64,000 bases of DNA from the IMG/VR virus record IMGVR_UViG_3300028805_000043. One strand, written 5' to 3'. The stretch's first letter is position 1, and every line of letters starts with the position of its first letter. A model generated the notes under the pieces. The model was given only the letters and a program-made list of their open reading frames with translations, did not search any database and was not told the DNA's origin. Below, piece after piece: positions 20,453 to 31,638 of this stretch. Both the position numbers and the translations under genes were made by a program. This stretch comes from a virus (taxonomy: Duplodnaviria > Caudoviricetes).

Positions 20453-21712
20453 ATGAAACGTAAAACAAATTTATTTTATACTTCAGGACCTGATAGTAAA
20501 TTTTTAACATTTAGCAATTATACTGAAGCATTAACAGGAAATTTTTTAAGTATTAATACAAAATTATTTCCTGATAAATTTTTATGTTTAAAAATTAATA
20601 ATTTAAATGCAAATACAAAAGCTAATTTTATTAAATATTTATCAGCATATTATGAAAATAAATTAGCAACATTAAGAGATGATTTAGTAAACAAAGATAA
20701 AAATATTGAATCTATATATCCTTTATCATATTTATTGGAAGCAATTACTAAAGTAGTATCATATAATAATGGAGAATATACGTTAAATGAAAATTGTGAA
20801 GTAAATACTGAAGATAATAATGATTCAATTGAAGGACTAATCAGATATATTGGAGATGTTACTGAATATGATTATAATGGTTCTTATACTGATATTATAT
20901 GTAATATAAATACAAATCAATATTATGAAGGAATAATTAAGCCTTATAGTTCTGATAATGTTTTAACTTGTACTACAAGCGAAATAAATAAGCTTTATGG
21001 TTGGGAAAACGATAATATGACATTAAGTGAATATGCGGATGTTACACCTATATTTGACAGTGAACACACATATTCATATAACCCAAAATATTCTAGAATT
21101 GAATATAAGAAAATAAATGAAGAATCATCATCTAAAACATTGTCATTTAATGTAATTATTCCTTTATTTAGTTATATAAATGTTGATAAAGAATCAAACA
21201 TAAATATTTTAGATCCAAAAATTGATGAAAACGATGTTCAATATTTAGATATTGTTAATAACTATAATAGTATTTATGATGTTCCATTTGGAATATGGAT
21301 ATATGCTGATTTTGAAAATGACACATTTATTGATTTAATAAAAGATGTTGAATTAAATTTATATCCATCATGGTCATTATTAATAAGTACTCAATTCAAA
21401 CCATTTCCTTATTCAAATATTTTAAATAAAGATAATGATACAAGCAAAAGTTCATTAAATGAATTTAGTACATTTGCTGAAGTATTATCAAAAATGAATA
21501 ATGTTCTTAATAAGTTTGGAGATATATCTTATAATATTAATGCATTAAACGAACGTATAAACAGTTTAGAAACAAAAATAAATAACATTGCTACAGATAG
21601 TCGTATGGATTCATTTGATAATAGATTATTACAAATGGATTCAGAATTAAAAGCAGAAATTACTGCAATAAAACAAAGTTTGATTAATCTTAAATGGTCA
21701 AGTGTAGGTTAA
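20453..21712 (+). CDS. Putative virion structural protein
   Basis: First gene of the plus-strand structural block; C-terminal coiled coil. Confidence 0.6.
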   Translation: MKRKTNLFYTSGPDSKFLTFSNYTEALTGNFLSINTKLFPDKFLCLKINNLNANTKANFIKYLSAYYENKLATLRDDLVNKDKNIESIYPLSYLLEAITKVVSYNNGEYTLNENCEVNTEDNNDSIEGLIRYIGDVTEYDYNGSYTDIICNINTNQYYEGIIKPYSSDNVLTCTTSEINKLYGWENDNMTLSEYADVTPIFDSEHTYSYNPKYSRIEYKKINEESSSKTLSFNVIIPLFSYINVDKESNINILDPKIDENDVQYLDIVNNYNSIYDVPFGIWIYADFENDTFIDLIKDVELNLYPSWSLLISTQFKPFPYSNILNKDNDTSKSSLNEFSTFAEVLSKMNNVLNKFGDISYNINALNERINSLETKINNIATDSRMDSFDNRLLQMDSELKAEITAIKQSLINLKWSSVG

Positions 21713-21733
21713 ATATATGTACGAATTTAATTA

Positions 21734-24700
21734 ATGGAGAACAATAATTCTATTAAAGAATATTATATAAAATTAGAAAAAATGATGTCAAATGCAGTTA
21801 ACATGATAACTGCATTAAATACTGCGTTATCATCTACTGCGTCTGATATATCAATTAATTTAATAAATACAAATAATGACGCTGTATCAACGGTTAAAAT
21901 TCCATCATTATTATATCTTGAAAATAAAGTAGAACAATTAGATAACATTATATCTAATTTATTCACTATTCCTAAATCTGGTGAAGCTTGGTTTGAAAAG
22001 ACTTCAAATATGTATAAGCTTTCATTAGTTAAATCTAATAATGCTCCTTTACAGCCTACAATTGATAATATTAACAATATAGGATTTAATGTTAAAGACA
22101 ATAACATATTTAAAGATTTAGTTAATCCTAAAACATATATTAGATTGAATTTAGCAAACTTACCAGATAATATTAATAAAGTCTTAATGAAAAAAATTGT
22201 ATTGTTTAATCAAAGCGATGCAACTTATTTAAAAGACTATACTTCATATGCAGATATTAAAAGTGCATTATTTAATAAAAGTGTTGGAGTTGATTATGAG
22301 GAATATGATACAATTATTGATTTGCCTTTAAAGATTGATAGATATAAATCATTTTTTAAAATTAATGAAGTTAATAAAATCTATAATGAAAACTCATCAA
22401 GTTATGATTATCAATTAAGATTAGATACTTTAACATATTATGATAAGGATGATCAATCAATTCAATATATAATTCGTAAAGGTGATTTCTTATGTCTATC
22501 TAATGAATATGCTGTATATAAAGTAAAAGATGTTAAAACAATTTATAACAGTTCAAATAATAATGATCAAAATGAATATGTTGTTACTTTAGAAGAATAT
22601 ATAGGACATATCAATTTACAGAAATATGACGATAATTCTGAAATGTTTTTACAGATATATAATGAATCTTATTCAGAATATCATTATATAGATGTACCAT
22701 TAGAAGAAAATCCAAATATAATTTTATTCATTTCAACAATTTATAATAATGTTCGCAGTACATATTCTGATGCTATTCATTTAGATTTGAATACAATCTA
22801 TATGAAAGATGAAAATAATAATTTCATATTAGATAATGATGGTAATAAGATTACATACATAGAATATTATAATACATATTGTAAGAACATAGGCGATATG
22901 ATGGTTGGATTTACAAAACTATCATATCCACAAGTATCTAATTTTACAAACAGCGAATTACGTAGATTAACAGATAGTGATGAACTTAAAGAAATTGTAA
23001 CAAGTTCATTATATTCTAATGATGAATTAGTATTAAATGTATCAAGAATTAATTCACATTTAATTGATGACGATACATCTAAAGACATTATTAATTTACA
23101 TTCACAGAAAAATGAAGTTAATTCACAGTTAAGAGCTATACAAGATAATGTAGACCAAATATATTCTCAATTAACTACGACTGATTTTAGCCAAGAATCT
23201 TCTGTTTCACAAGAATCATTAAGATCAAAATTAGCAGATTATTATAATGAAAGACTTGAATTAGAAAAACAATTATTAAGTATTGTTGATAATATCAATC
23301 AAGCAAAATCTGGTGTCATTGGTTTAGATTCTTCAAAATATAGAGTTAGAGGATTGACTGATGTTAATGATAAATATGATTCTTCAATAGAATCACCAAT
23401 TGTAAGTTTCTTACATACTACATTCGGATATAACTGTGATTTAATTGGTTTAGAAATTGAATATAAATATAAAACAGCAAATAAAAATTCAACATCAATA
23501 TTGAATAATAATGATGGCTTATTTACTGATTGGAATCGTCAATCAAATATCGAAAGAGAAAGATATTTAAAATTTGATCCAATTACAAATAAGTATGAAA
23601 TTGCATATGCAAATTATAATGCATTGTCTAACATTATTAAATGGAATCAAATTGATATCCCAATTAATCAGGGTGAAGATGTTGTCGTTAGAATAAGATA
23701 CAAATATAATATTGGACAACCATTTATCAATTTATATACACCTTGGTCAAATGAAATAACTATTTCATTTCCTACAGAATTTACAGAAACTACAGAAATA
23801 TCTTCAATCTTAGATACAAACGATGATGATGTAGTTAGAGCAAAATTCATTAAGACTTTAATTAATGATGGATATGAAGAACACGTAACAAATAAAATAA
23901 TTGATAATTCACAAACATTCTATCATATGCCAGAAAACATATATTCTGGTTTTAATACTGCTGAAAATAACTTGATATCGTTAAAAGATAAACTTATTGA
24001 TATGAATAACGAAATCACATCATATAAAGCAGCAATTGATAATGAATTAAATTCAAATTACATTGTATTACTAGAATGGGATAATACAACTATTGAATTA
24101 TCTAGTATGACAAATAATAATGTTGTTATTAATGAACTTATTAATGGTTCATTCGATACATTTATTAAAAAGAAAATGAACTTAATTATAAAAAATGTTG
24201 GATCATCACCAATTAAGTTATATAGTTTATTCTCAGGAAATATAGATACAACATTATTAGAATCAACTAATAAATATTTTGATGATATAATAGGCAATTA
24301 TGAACGTGTTCCATTATTAATTGAAGGTTCTTCAATACCTTCTGAAAGTATATCTCCTCAATATATGGGTCAATGGATTTACTTTAGACAAAATAATCCA
24401 TTTACAAATAAGCCTCTATATTATGATGATAATTCACAAAATAGCTCAGATACACAATATATATCTATGGGAGAAAATCCAATATTTACAGGATCTTTAT
24501 TAAAATATTTAGGAGTAAATAATGTGCAAGCATTATTACCTTATCGTAATAGAACCAGTATAGTAAATTCATCTACATATTGGGGATATTTAAGTGCAGA
24601 TGCAAATAATAATGTTGTTTATCAAACAGCATCATTAGAATCATCAAATTCAATGTATTCAAAGATTAATAATTTACATCTTTATAAAAATTGCGATAAT

Positions 24701-25144
24701 TCTAATAATCAGTATATTCTTAAATATGAACATTTCTTAAATTCAAATTCATCTGAATCTAATTCATATTTAAGCAATATGATTTCTATGAGTTCATTCA
24801 TATCTAAATTATCAAGAAATAATATAAATGATTATAATGGAGCTTTCTTAATTCCTGAATTAATTAATAGAAATCAATTATTATGTGATAGCAAAGAAAC
24901 AAATCAATATAAATTATTAGATGTTGGCAAAACTTTGTCAGTACCTTTACTTTTTGAATATTTCTTAGTTCCTGATGATAATTCATCAAATGTATCAATA
25001 TCAAAAACAATAGCATTTGATTTAAGATCTTCATTAATGAGAGAGCCTGAACATTATTTATTAACAGTAACTGCTAAATATGATTATAGTCAAACAGTTG
25101 CTTCTTCACAATCATATTCAAATTTGGTTGATGGCATTAGTTAA
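21734..25144 (+). CDS. Large putative virion/baseplate protein
   Basis: 1136 aa, beta-rich regions plus coiled coil, in the structural block. Confidence 0.6.
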   Translation: MENNNSIKEYYIKLEKMMSNAVNMITALNTALSSTASDISINLINTNNDAVSTVKIPSLLYLENKVEQLDNIISNLFTIPKSGEAWFEKTSNMYKLSLVKSNNAPLQPTIDNINNIGFNVKDNNIFKDLVNPKTYIRLNLANLPDNINKVLMKKIVLFNQSDATYLKDYTSYADIKSALFNKSVGVDYEEYDTIIDLPLKIDRYKSFFKINEVNKIYNENSSSYDYQLRLDTLTYYDKDDQSIQYIIRKGDFLCLSNEYAVYKVKDVKTIYNSSNNNDQNEYVVTLEEYIGHINLQKYDDNSEMFLQIYNESYSEYHYIDVPLEENPNIILFISTIYNNVRSTYSDAIHLDLNTIYMKDENNNFILDNDGNKITYIEYYNTYCKNIGDMMVGFTKLSYPQVSNFTNSELRRLTDSDELKEIVTSSLYSNDELVLNVSRINSHLIDDDTSKDIINLHSQKNEVNSQLRAIQDNVDQIYSQLTTTDFSQESSVSQESLRSKLADYYNERLELEKQLLSIVDNINQAKSGVIGLDSSKYRVRGLTDVNDKYDSSIESPIVSFLHTTFGYNCDLIGLEIEYKYKTANKNSTSILNNNDGLFTDWNRQSNIERERYLKFDPITNKYEIAYANYNALSNIIKWNQIDIPINQGEDVVVRIRYKYNIGQPFINLYTPWSNEITISFPTEFTETTEISSILDTNDDDVVRAKFIKTLINDGYEEHVTNKIIDNSQTFYHMPENIYSGFNTAENNLISLKDKLIDMNNEITSYKAAIDNELNSNYIVLLEWDNTTIELSSMTNNNVVINELINGSFDTFIKKKMNLIIKNVGSSPIKLYSLFSGNIDTTLLESTNKYFDDIIGNYERVPLLIEGSSIPSESISPQYMGQWIYFRQNNPFTNKPLYYDDNSQNSSDTQYISMGENPIFTGSLLKYLGVNNVQALLPYRNRTSIVNSSTYWGYLSADANNNVVYQTASLESSNSMYSKINNLHLYKNCDNSNNQYILKYEHFLNSNSSESNSYLSNMISMSSFISKLSRNNINDYNGAFLIPELINRNQLLCDSKETNQYKLLDVGKTLSVPLLFEYFLVPDDNSSNVSISKTIAFDLRSSLMREPEHYLLTVTAKYDYSQTVASSQSYSNLVDGIS

Positions 25145-25163
25145 AATTAATAAAAATTAAACT

Positions 25164-26684
25164 ATGAACGAAATAAATACAGATATTACTAGATTTAATA
25201 ACAAATATTTAAAATGTATAGTAACTAAATATTTATCTACAATAGACTATTTAGGTAATAGCGGATCATTAATTGTATATCAACCAGGTTCAAATAGTCA
25301 AATAAATAAAAATTATGTATATCTTGGTAATGAATTTTTGGCATCAGGATATGGTTTCTCAAATGAAACTACGCAAATTAAAGCAGAAAAAATTGTAAAT
25401 AAATATGATAATGACATCAATTCATTAAAACAAAAAGATCAAACATTAAACGAAAAAATAGAATATGATGTCAATAATCTTGCAAAAAATGTTGAAACAT
25501 ATTATGTGAAGAAAAAAGGTGGTCCTATTGGTGAAACTACAATAAATATAAATGGTTATGATATTTTAACAAAAAATATTATATTATATGGAGAAGAAGC
25601 GCAATATAAAAATTTAGAAATACTTGATGTCAAAATTCGTATTAATAATAATGAAGCAATTGATAACGACATATTTTTACCAGTAGGATATCTCATTAAA
25701 GAAATCACTGTAATAATTAAATTTAGAAAAAATGATTCTGGTGGATTAGATAAATTGTATATTGAACATAAGAATATTAATGATAACGAAACTATAATTG
25801 TTAAGTATGATGACGTAAGAAATGTATTAGATAGTTCTGATGAATATGGAACAATAACATATGTTAGATCATTAGAAGAAAATGAACAAATATATGTAAA
25901 TAAATATTTAGAAGATATTATATCAAAATGCTATATATATGTTAAAGGAACTCCACAGTTGTCATATAAAAACTACCCTGGTTTAGAAAAGAATTTTGGT
26001 ATTAAAATCCCTTCTTCAGGTAATGCAATTAAAGATAATGTTATTGAGTTAATTAATCATATTAATGTACGACCACAATTTTATTTACATTATGGTTTTA
26101 ATTATGATGAAGAAATTTATAAGCATAATATTTCTTTAAATAGTTTTAATGATTATGATAAAACTACTGTTATATTAGAAAATATTGACACTAAGCACGA
26201 AGATGATACATATTTCACAGAAATATATATAGCTATACCTTCAGTATTTTCTGTTCAAAAAATTTATGTAATACAAAATAATTCTGAAAAATTCAATTGG
26301 ACTGGCACAGTTAAAGTACAAAAAAATATTAATATGATATCATATAAAAATATTGTTAATACTGAAAATAACTGCATTTATTATAATGTTTATAAATTAA
26401 CTTCAGCTGCTGGTGGATTTGACCAATATAATGGAAATGATATAAAAATTGAATTAGATATCATGTATAATTTAAAAAAGGATCCACAAATTATTGATGG
26501 GGAATATAATATTTCTTTTTCAACTTATGAAGAATTAACAGAATTTACATCAAATGAATTATTAAATGATGAAGACTTTAATAACTTATATTGGGTTAAT
26601 GGAAATATAAATATAAATAATAGTTTTGATCATTTAACTAATAAGTTAAACAATTGTGGTAAAAATGGAAATAAGCAAATATAA
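25164..26684 (+). CDS. Putative virion protein
   Basis: 506 aa; C-terminal HYGF..IYIAIP..YNVYK module. Confidence 0.55.
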   Translation: MNEINTDITRFNNKYLKCIVTKYLSTIDYLGNSGSLIVYQPGSNSQINKNYVYLGNEFLASGYGFSNETTQIKAEKIVNKYDNDINSLKQKDQTLNEKIEYDVNNLAKNVETYYVKKKGGPIGETTININGYDILTKNIILYGEEAQYKNLEILDVKIRINNNEAIDNDIFLPVGYLIKEITVIIKFRKNDSGGLDKLYIEHKNINDNETIIVKYDDVRNVLDSSDEYGTITYVRSLEENEQIYVNKYLEDIISKCYIYVKGTPQLSYKNYPGLEKNFGIKIPSSGNAIKDNVIELINHINVRPQFYLHYGFNYDEEIYKHNISLNSFNDYDKTTVILENIDTKHEDDTYFTEIYIAIPSVFSVQKIYVIQNNSEKFNWTGTVKVQKNINMISYKNIVNTENNCIYYNVYKLTSAAGGFDQYNGNDIKIELDIMYNLKKDPQIIDGEYNISFSTYEELTEFTSNELLNDEDFNNLYWVNGNININNSFDHLTNKLNNCGKNGNKQI

Positions 26685-26732
26685 TCATATTTTTTTTATT
26701 ATTAAATATATAAATACGAATATAATAATACG

Positions 26733-28205
26733 ATGAATACATCATTAACAAATATGTCAGATTTACAAAAAATTATCTTTGTTAATAATATTAATGAAGA
26801 TGATTTAGCAAATTATGGCACATCTATTTCTGCATTATCTTCTGAATATCCTTTTGCTGTATTCTTTACAGAAAAGAATGGAGATATTAGAAATATATGG
26901 CATCAAGGTTATAGATATACAAGATTTATCGGAGTTGATGATTTACATAAAACTATTACTATAGGAGATCATACATTAAAACTTAATTTTGATTATGAAA
27001 CTGGATTAATAGGTATTTATGATACAAATGTTTTATCATCAATAACTCCAATTGCATTATATTGGACAAATTTTGAAGGTACATTAATTGAAAAAACTTA
27101 TACAGAGGACACATCAGATGAAACATATATTATTGATTCAAAAAATAATACATTTGATGTTATATTTAAATTTACTTCAAATGATACAAATACATCTATA
27201 TCACAAATATCTACTGCATTAACAACATATTATAATGGAGCAACAACACAAGTAATTAATTTGCAAAATAAAACCATTGAAAATAATGGATTAAATGATG
27301 ATCATAATATTTATTATAGATTTACATACAAAATATTGGAAGATACATTTAATATCAATAATGGTAAATATTTATTTAAATCAAATTATTCTAATGATAT
27401 AGATACTTCTTTAAATTTAAGATTATTTGTTAATCCAATTAAAATTACAAATATTAATATTTTTAATACTACTGAAAATAAATTATTTACATTATTAGGT
27501 GATAATAATATAAATCAATTAAGTCAAAACTGTGTATATGAATTAGCTGTATCAATAAATCCTAATAATGCAACTTCACAAATTGGTAAATATTTATATG
27601 TTAAATTATTATCAAATAGTGAACATGTAAATATTATAAATGGAATAGGACAAATTAATGAAGGATATGCAACATTAAAATTCTCAATAGGAATTATTCC
27701 ACCTAATACAACAATTGAAGATTTATTAACATTTAAAATATTTAGAAGATTAAATAATATAGAAGAAGCACCAGTTGAATCATTAACAAAAGAATATAGT
27801 ATTAAAGTTTCTGGTATATCATCAAATAAATTCATTTATTATGGATTTAAAGATCCTTCAAATATTATGCAATCTGATTTAACTGATTTTAATAATCCAG
27901 GTGAAGAGATCATATATGATTGGCATGATTATGTTAATGGTAATAAAAATTGGAATACTGAAGAACAATCATTAATTGATGCCAATCCAAATCGTCCATT
28001 CTATATCGCTATACCAGAGGAATATAAAAATATTATTTTACCTCGTATAGATTGTTGGACTGAAGAGGAAAACAAAGAAGATGTATATGTATCTAATATT
28101 AATGCATTTACTTACTTATCAGAAATAGAAATAGGTAATGTCGGTACATTTATAATTTATAAATCAAATGCATTCAATGGATTCTATTATGGAAAAATAC
28201 AATAA
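26733..28205 (+). CDS. Putative virion protein with degenerate Ig-like region
   Basis: VSINPNNAT; C-terminal YYGF..FYIAIP..IYKS module. Confidence 0.55.
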   Translation: MNTSLTNMSDLQKIIFVNNINEDDLANYGTSISALSSEYPFAVFFTEKNGDIRNIWHQGYRYTRFIGVDDLHKTITIGDHTLKLNFDYETGLIGIYDTNVLSSITPIALYWTNFEGTLIEKTYTEDTSDETYIIDSKNNTFDVIFKFTSNDTNTSISQISTALTTYYNGATTQVINLQNKTIENNGLNDDHNIYYRFTYKILEDTFNINNGKYLFKSNYSNDIDTSLNLRLFVNPIKITNINIFNTTENKLFTLLGDNNINQLSQNCVYELAVSINPNNATSQIGKYLYVKLLSNSEHVNIINGIGQINEGYATLKFSIGIIPPNTTIEDLLTFKIFRRLNNIEEAPVESLTKEYSIKVSGISSNKFIYYGFKDPSNIMQSDLTDFNNPGEEIIYDWHDYVNGNKNWNTEEQSLIDANPNRPFYIAIPEEYKNIILPRIDCWTEEENKEDVYVSNINAFTYLSEIEIGNVGTFIIYKSNAFNGFYYGKIQ

Positions 28206-28217
28206 TTAATAATTATA

Positions 28218-29552
28218 ATGGGACAAATTTTTACAGGATTTAATCATTCTCAAGAACCAGGTAAGTATGAACGCACACATATTCAATATCCTATTTATAA
28301 TGATACCCCTGGTGGTAAGATAGGATCAATTGAAAATATTGATTTTGGATCATTAGTTGGATTTGGATATAAGACACAAGAATATAATAATGCTGATTCA
28401 TTAGCTTCATATAGTGAAGTAATAATGGCTATTCATACATTATTAAATGATTTAAATACAAGAATTAAGAAATTTGAAGAAACTGTTGCTGTTACAGGAG
28501 TTTCAATTGATATTGAAGGTGGCGTATTGACATTAAATGCACAAAATGCAACACGTCGTATTGTACCAACTATAACACCAAGTAATGCAACAAATACATC
28601 AGTTCGTTGGTCAACAGCAAATCCTGATGTTGTAACTATTGATGAAAATGGCACAGTTACGGCTATTGGTACTGGTACAACAACAATATCATGTACGACT
28701 ATAGATGGTGGATTTAGTGCATCTTGTGCAGTATCATGCTCATGGGATACTTCAATACATGTAACAGGTTTAACTCTTTCAACAAATACATTAGCATTTA
28801 CTAGTACAAATTCAAATCAAACACTTATAGCTACAGTAAGTCCATCTAATGCTACAAATAAAAATGTTACATGGTCATCAAATAATACAAATGTTGCAAC
28901 TGTTAATTCATCAGGTTTAGTTACTGCAGTTGCTCCTGGTGATGCTATTATTACATGTAGAACTAGTGATGGTGGATATACTGCAACATGTTCAGTACAT
29001 TGTGAATGGAATACTAATGTTGCTGTAACTGGAGTTTCAATTTCACCTGTAACTAAAACATTTACAAGTGCTGGTTCAACACAACAACTTACAGCTACAG
29101 TAAGTCCATCTAATGCTACAAATAAAAATGTTACATGGTCATCAAATAATACAAATGTTGCAACTGTTAATTCATCAGGTTTAGTTACTGCAGTTGCTCC
29201 TGGTGATGCTATTATTACATGTACAACATCAGATGGTTCTAAGACAGCTCAATGTAATATATCATGTTCATGGAATTTAAGTTGGTTCTCAATTGGTCCA
29301 GATGCAATTACAGTTGATAACTATACAACTGCTAATAATGCACAACAGGCAACATCATACCCATCAACATATACATCTGATTCACGACAATATATTTATT
29401 GTTTAATACCTAATACGAAAACAATACAATTTATTGAACCAGCACTTAATGCTCCAATTGAACTTTATGAACAAGATATAAATATAGCTGGACATAAAGT
29501 ATATAAGTCAAGTAGTAAAATCATGGGTACAATTAATATTGTAGTTTCTTAA
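28218..29552 (+). CDS. Ig-like (Big_2) domain protein, three repeats
   Basis: VTGVSI..ATVSPSNATNKNVTWSSNNTNVATVNSSGLVTAVAPG repeats. Confidence 0.85.
   Translation: MGQIFTGFNHSQEPGKYERTHIQYPIYNDTPGGKIGSIENIDFGSLVGFGYKTQEYNNADSLASYSEVIMAIHTLLNDLNTRIKKFEETVAVTGVSIDIEGGVLTLNAQNATRRIVPTITPSNATNTSVRWSTANPDVVTIDENGTVTAIGTGTTTISCTTIDGGFSASCAVSCSWDTSIHVTGLTLSTNTLAFTSTNSNQTLIATVSPSNATNKNVTWSSNNTNVATVNSSGLVTAVAPGDAIITCRTSDGGYTATCSVHCEWNTNVAVTGVSISPVTKTFTSAGSTQQLTATVSPSNATNKNVTWSSNNTNVATVNSSGLVTAVAPGDAIITCTTSDGSKTAQCNISCSWNLSWFSIGPDAITVDNYTTANNAQQATSYPSTYTSDSRQYIYCLIPNTKTIQFIEPALNAPIELYEQDINIAGHKVYKSSSKIMGTINIVVS
28829..29223 (+). repeat. 131-bp exact direct repeat (28829-28959 and 29093-29223)
   Basis: Identical DNA in Ig repeats 2 and 3, offset 264 bp. 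Confidence 0.9.
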
Positions 29553-29572
29553 ATATAAGATATAATGTTAAT

Positions 29573-30484
29573 ATGCAATATACAAATAATAACATAATAT
29601 TTAATAATGTAAAAACACAAGGTATTAAATTAAGTGCTAGTCCTATGTTAGTAAAAGGATTAGTTGGAACAGATCCTGATGATGGTACTGGTATTGTTAA
29701 TGCAGTGGATATTGATTGGAATGATGCTAATTTAGAACCATTAATTACTAATGAAGCTATTAAAAGCAAAATATCAAATTTAAAAATTAATACAACGGGT
29801 GATTTATTAAAATTAATAATTGAATTAATTAATTTAATAAAAATTGAAACATATTGGTTTTCAATTGGTCCAGAAGAAATCACAGCTAGCAATTATACAA
29901 TCGCTAATGGTGCCCAACAAGTAACATCATATCCAACATCATATGAATCTGTTGAACGTAAATATTTATATTGTTTAATACCTGATACAAAAACAATACA
30001 ATTTATTGAACCAACACTTGGTGCGCCAATTGAATTTTATGAACAAGATATAACTATACCTGGTTATAAAGTATATAAATCAAGTAGTAAAATCATGGGC
30101 ATTATCGATATCGCTGTTGAAGAAAAATCTGAGCCTATAAATGAAAATGAAACTGAAACTGAAAATGAAAATGAAAATGAAGAAGAACAAATAATACAAA
30201 ATAAGTTTTGGTATTCAATTGGACCTGATGAAATTACTTTAGATAATTATACTACAGTTAATAATGCACAACAATTAGATGAATATCCAGTAAATTCATC
30301 ATATTCAACAGAAACACGTCAATATATATATTGTTTAATTAGTGAAAATAAAACAATACAATTTATTGAACCAACATTTAATGCGCCAATTGAACTTTAT
30401 GAACAAGATATAAATATACCTGGATATAAAGTATATAAATCAAGTAGTAAAATCATTGATACAATCAATATAAAAATATCATAA
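29573..30484 (+). CDS. Modular virion-associated protein (one N-module plus two SIGP C-modules)
   Basis: C-modules are paralogous to the C-terminus of 28218..29552; the N-module is paralogous to 30504..30815. Confidence 0.7.
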   Translation: MQYTNNNIIFNNVKTQGIKLSASPMLVKGLVGTDPDDGTGIVNAVDIDWNDANLEPLITNEAIKSKISNLKINTTGDLLKLIIELINLIKIETYWFSIGPEEITASNYTIANGAQQVTSYPTSYESVERKYLYCLIPDTKTIQFIEPTLGAPIEFYEQDITIPGYKVYKSSSKIMGIIDIAVEEKSEPINENETETENENENEEEQIIQNKFWYSIGPDEITLDNYTTVNNAQQLDEYPVNSSYSTETRQYIYCLISENKTIQFIEPTFNAPIELYEQDINIPGYKVYKSSSKIIDTINIKIS

Positions 30485-30503
30485 ATTTATTTAAAAATTA
30501 ATT

Positions 30504-30815
30504 ATGGAATTAAATATTAATGGAATAGCATTTACTAACGTTAAAACTGGTGGTATAAAAATTTCATCTAACCCTATAAATGTTAATGGATTATCTAGTA
30601 CAGATCCTGATGACGGTTCAGGTATTCTTAATATAGTTAATATTGACTGGAACGGAGCAATTATTCCTAATGGTGATTTAGCTAATGGTACTTCAAAGAC
30701 AATTAATACAACTGGTGAATTATTAAGTCTTATTAATGAAATGCAGCAAGAAATCTATGTTCTTTCTGCAGCTGTTGTAGCATTGTCTAATAATACATCT
30801 TCTAGTGTTGATTAA
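30504..30815 (+). CDS. N-module paralog
   Basis: TDPDDGSG..IDWN..INTTGELL shared with 29573..30484. Confidence 0.7.
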   Translation: MELNINGIAFTNVKTGGIKISSNPINVNGLSSTDPDDGSGILNIVNIDWNGAIIPNGDLANGTSKTINTTGELLSLINEMQQEIYVLSAAVVALSNNTSSSVD

Positions 30816-30839
30816 TCACAGCTAGATTTTGGTGATAGC

Positions 30840-31052
30840 ATGCTTCGAGTATCAGGAGAAACATATTCAATTAAACATGGATTTAACGGATATGCATTTA
30901 GCGTAGATACTAATTTGGTAACAGTATCAGATACATCATTTACAGCAGGTCAACAAATTACTTTTAGATGTGTTGCTGGAAAAAGTGAAGCAGTACCTGT
31001 TCTTCTAGTAAATACTGATAATAATTATGAAACTGTTGCAATACATGTATAA
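30840..31052 (+). CDS. Small ORF in frame with 30504..30815
   Basis: Same frame; only TAA 30813-30815 interrupts it. Confidence 0.45.
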   Translation: MLRVSGETYSIKHGFNGYAFSVDTNLVTVSDTSFTAGQQITFRCVAGKSEAVPVLLVNTDNNYETVAIHV

Positions 31053-31070
31053 AGTATAATAAGTTCATTT

Positions 31071-31100
31071 AAAGGATATTCAATAGAATATCCTTTTTTT
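31071..31100 (+). terminator. Intrinsic terminator
   Basis: AAAGGATATTC-AATA-GAATATCCTTTTTTT. Confidence 0.85.
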
Positions 31101-31158
31101 ATGCATAGAATTTAAATATCTTAAATTATTTTTATATATAACATATTAAAAACGTATT

Positions 31159-31620
31159 ATGCTTGATTATAAACTTTTAAAATATAAGCCAACTATAACA
31201 TATAATAACGAAACATACACAGATTTATTGGCAAGAACATTTAATGAAAATGCAATGTATACACCAATTCCTGTTGTTGTTAATGAATATTATGTGGCAC
31301 GTCCTGATTTAATTTCATTAACAATGTTTGGTACAGATCAATATGCAGATATAATTTGTAAAATAAATGGAATATCTAATCCTTTTGAAATGAATGAAAA
31401 TGATGTGTTAGTTGTTCCTAATGTAGAATATCTTACTCAATGTTTAGCAAAAACTAGAAATGCATCTGAAATGATTAATGATCCTGATAATGAAGTAATT
31501 CAAAAATTAGATAAGAATAATAAGCAAAAACGTAAAAATGAATTAAGATCTCCAAACGAACAATTAATAGGAGATTCTAATTATGTTATTGATAAATCAT
31601 TAGGTTTAGTATTTTATTAA
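31159..31620 (+). CDS. Baseplate wedge protein, gp53/LysM-like
   Basis: ARPDLIS..FG....DIICKINGISNPF...DVLVVP. Confidence 0.75.
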   Translation: MLDYKLLKYKPTITYNNETYTDLLARTFNENAMYTPIPVVVNEYYVARPDLISLTMFGTDQYADIICKINGISNPFEMNENDVLVVPNVEYLTQCLAKTRNASEMINDPDNEVIQKLDKNNKQKRKNELRSPNEQLIGDSNYVIDKSLGLVFY

Positions 31621-31638
31621 AATTAGTTAATATATAGA

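Noticed and set aside
29283-30484. Three similar C-terminal modules as a DGR template/variable repeat set
   Set aside because: Differences include many non-adenine and synonymous changes, all copies are coding, and no reverse transcriptase is in the window
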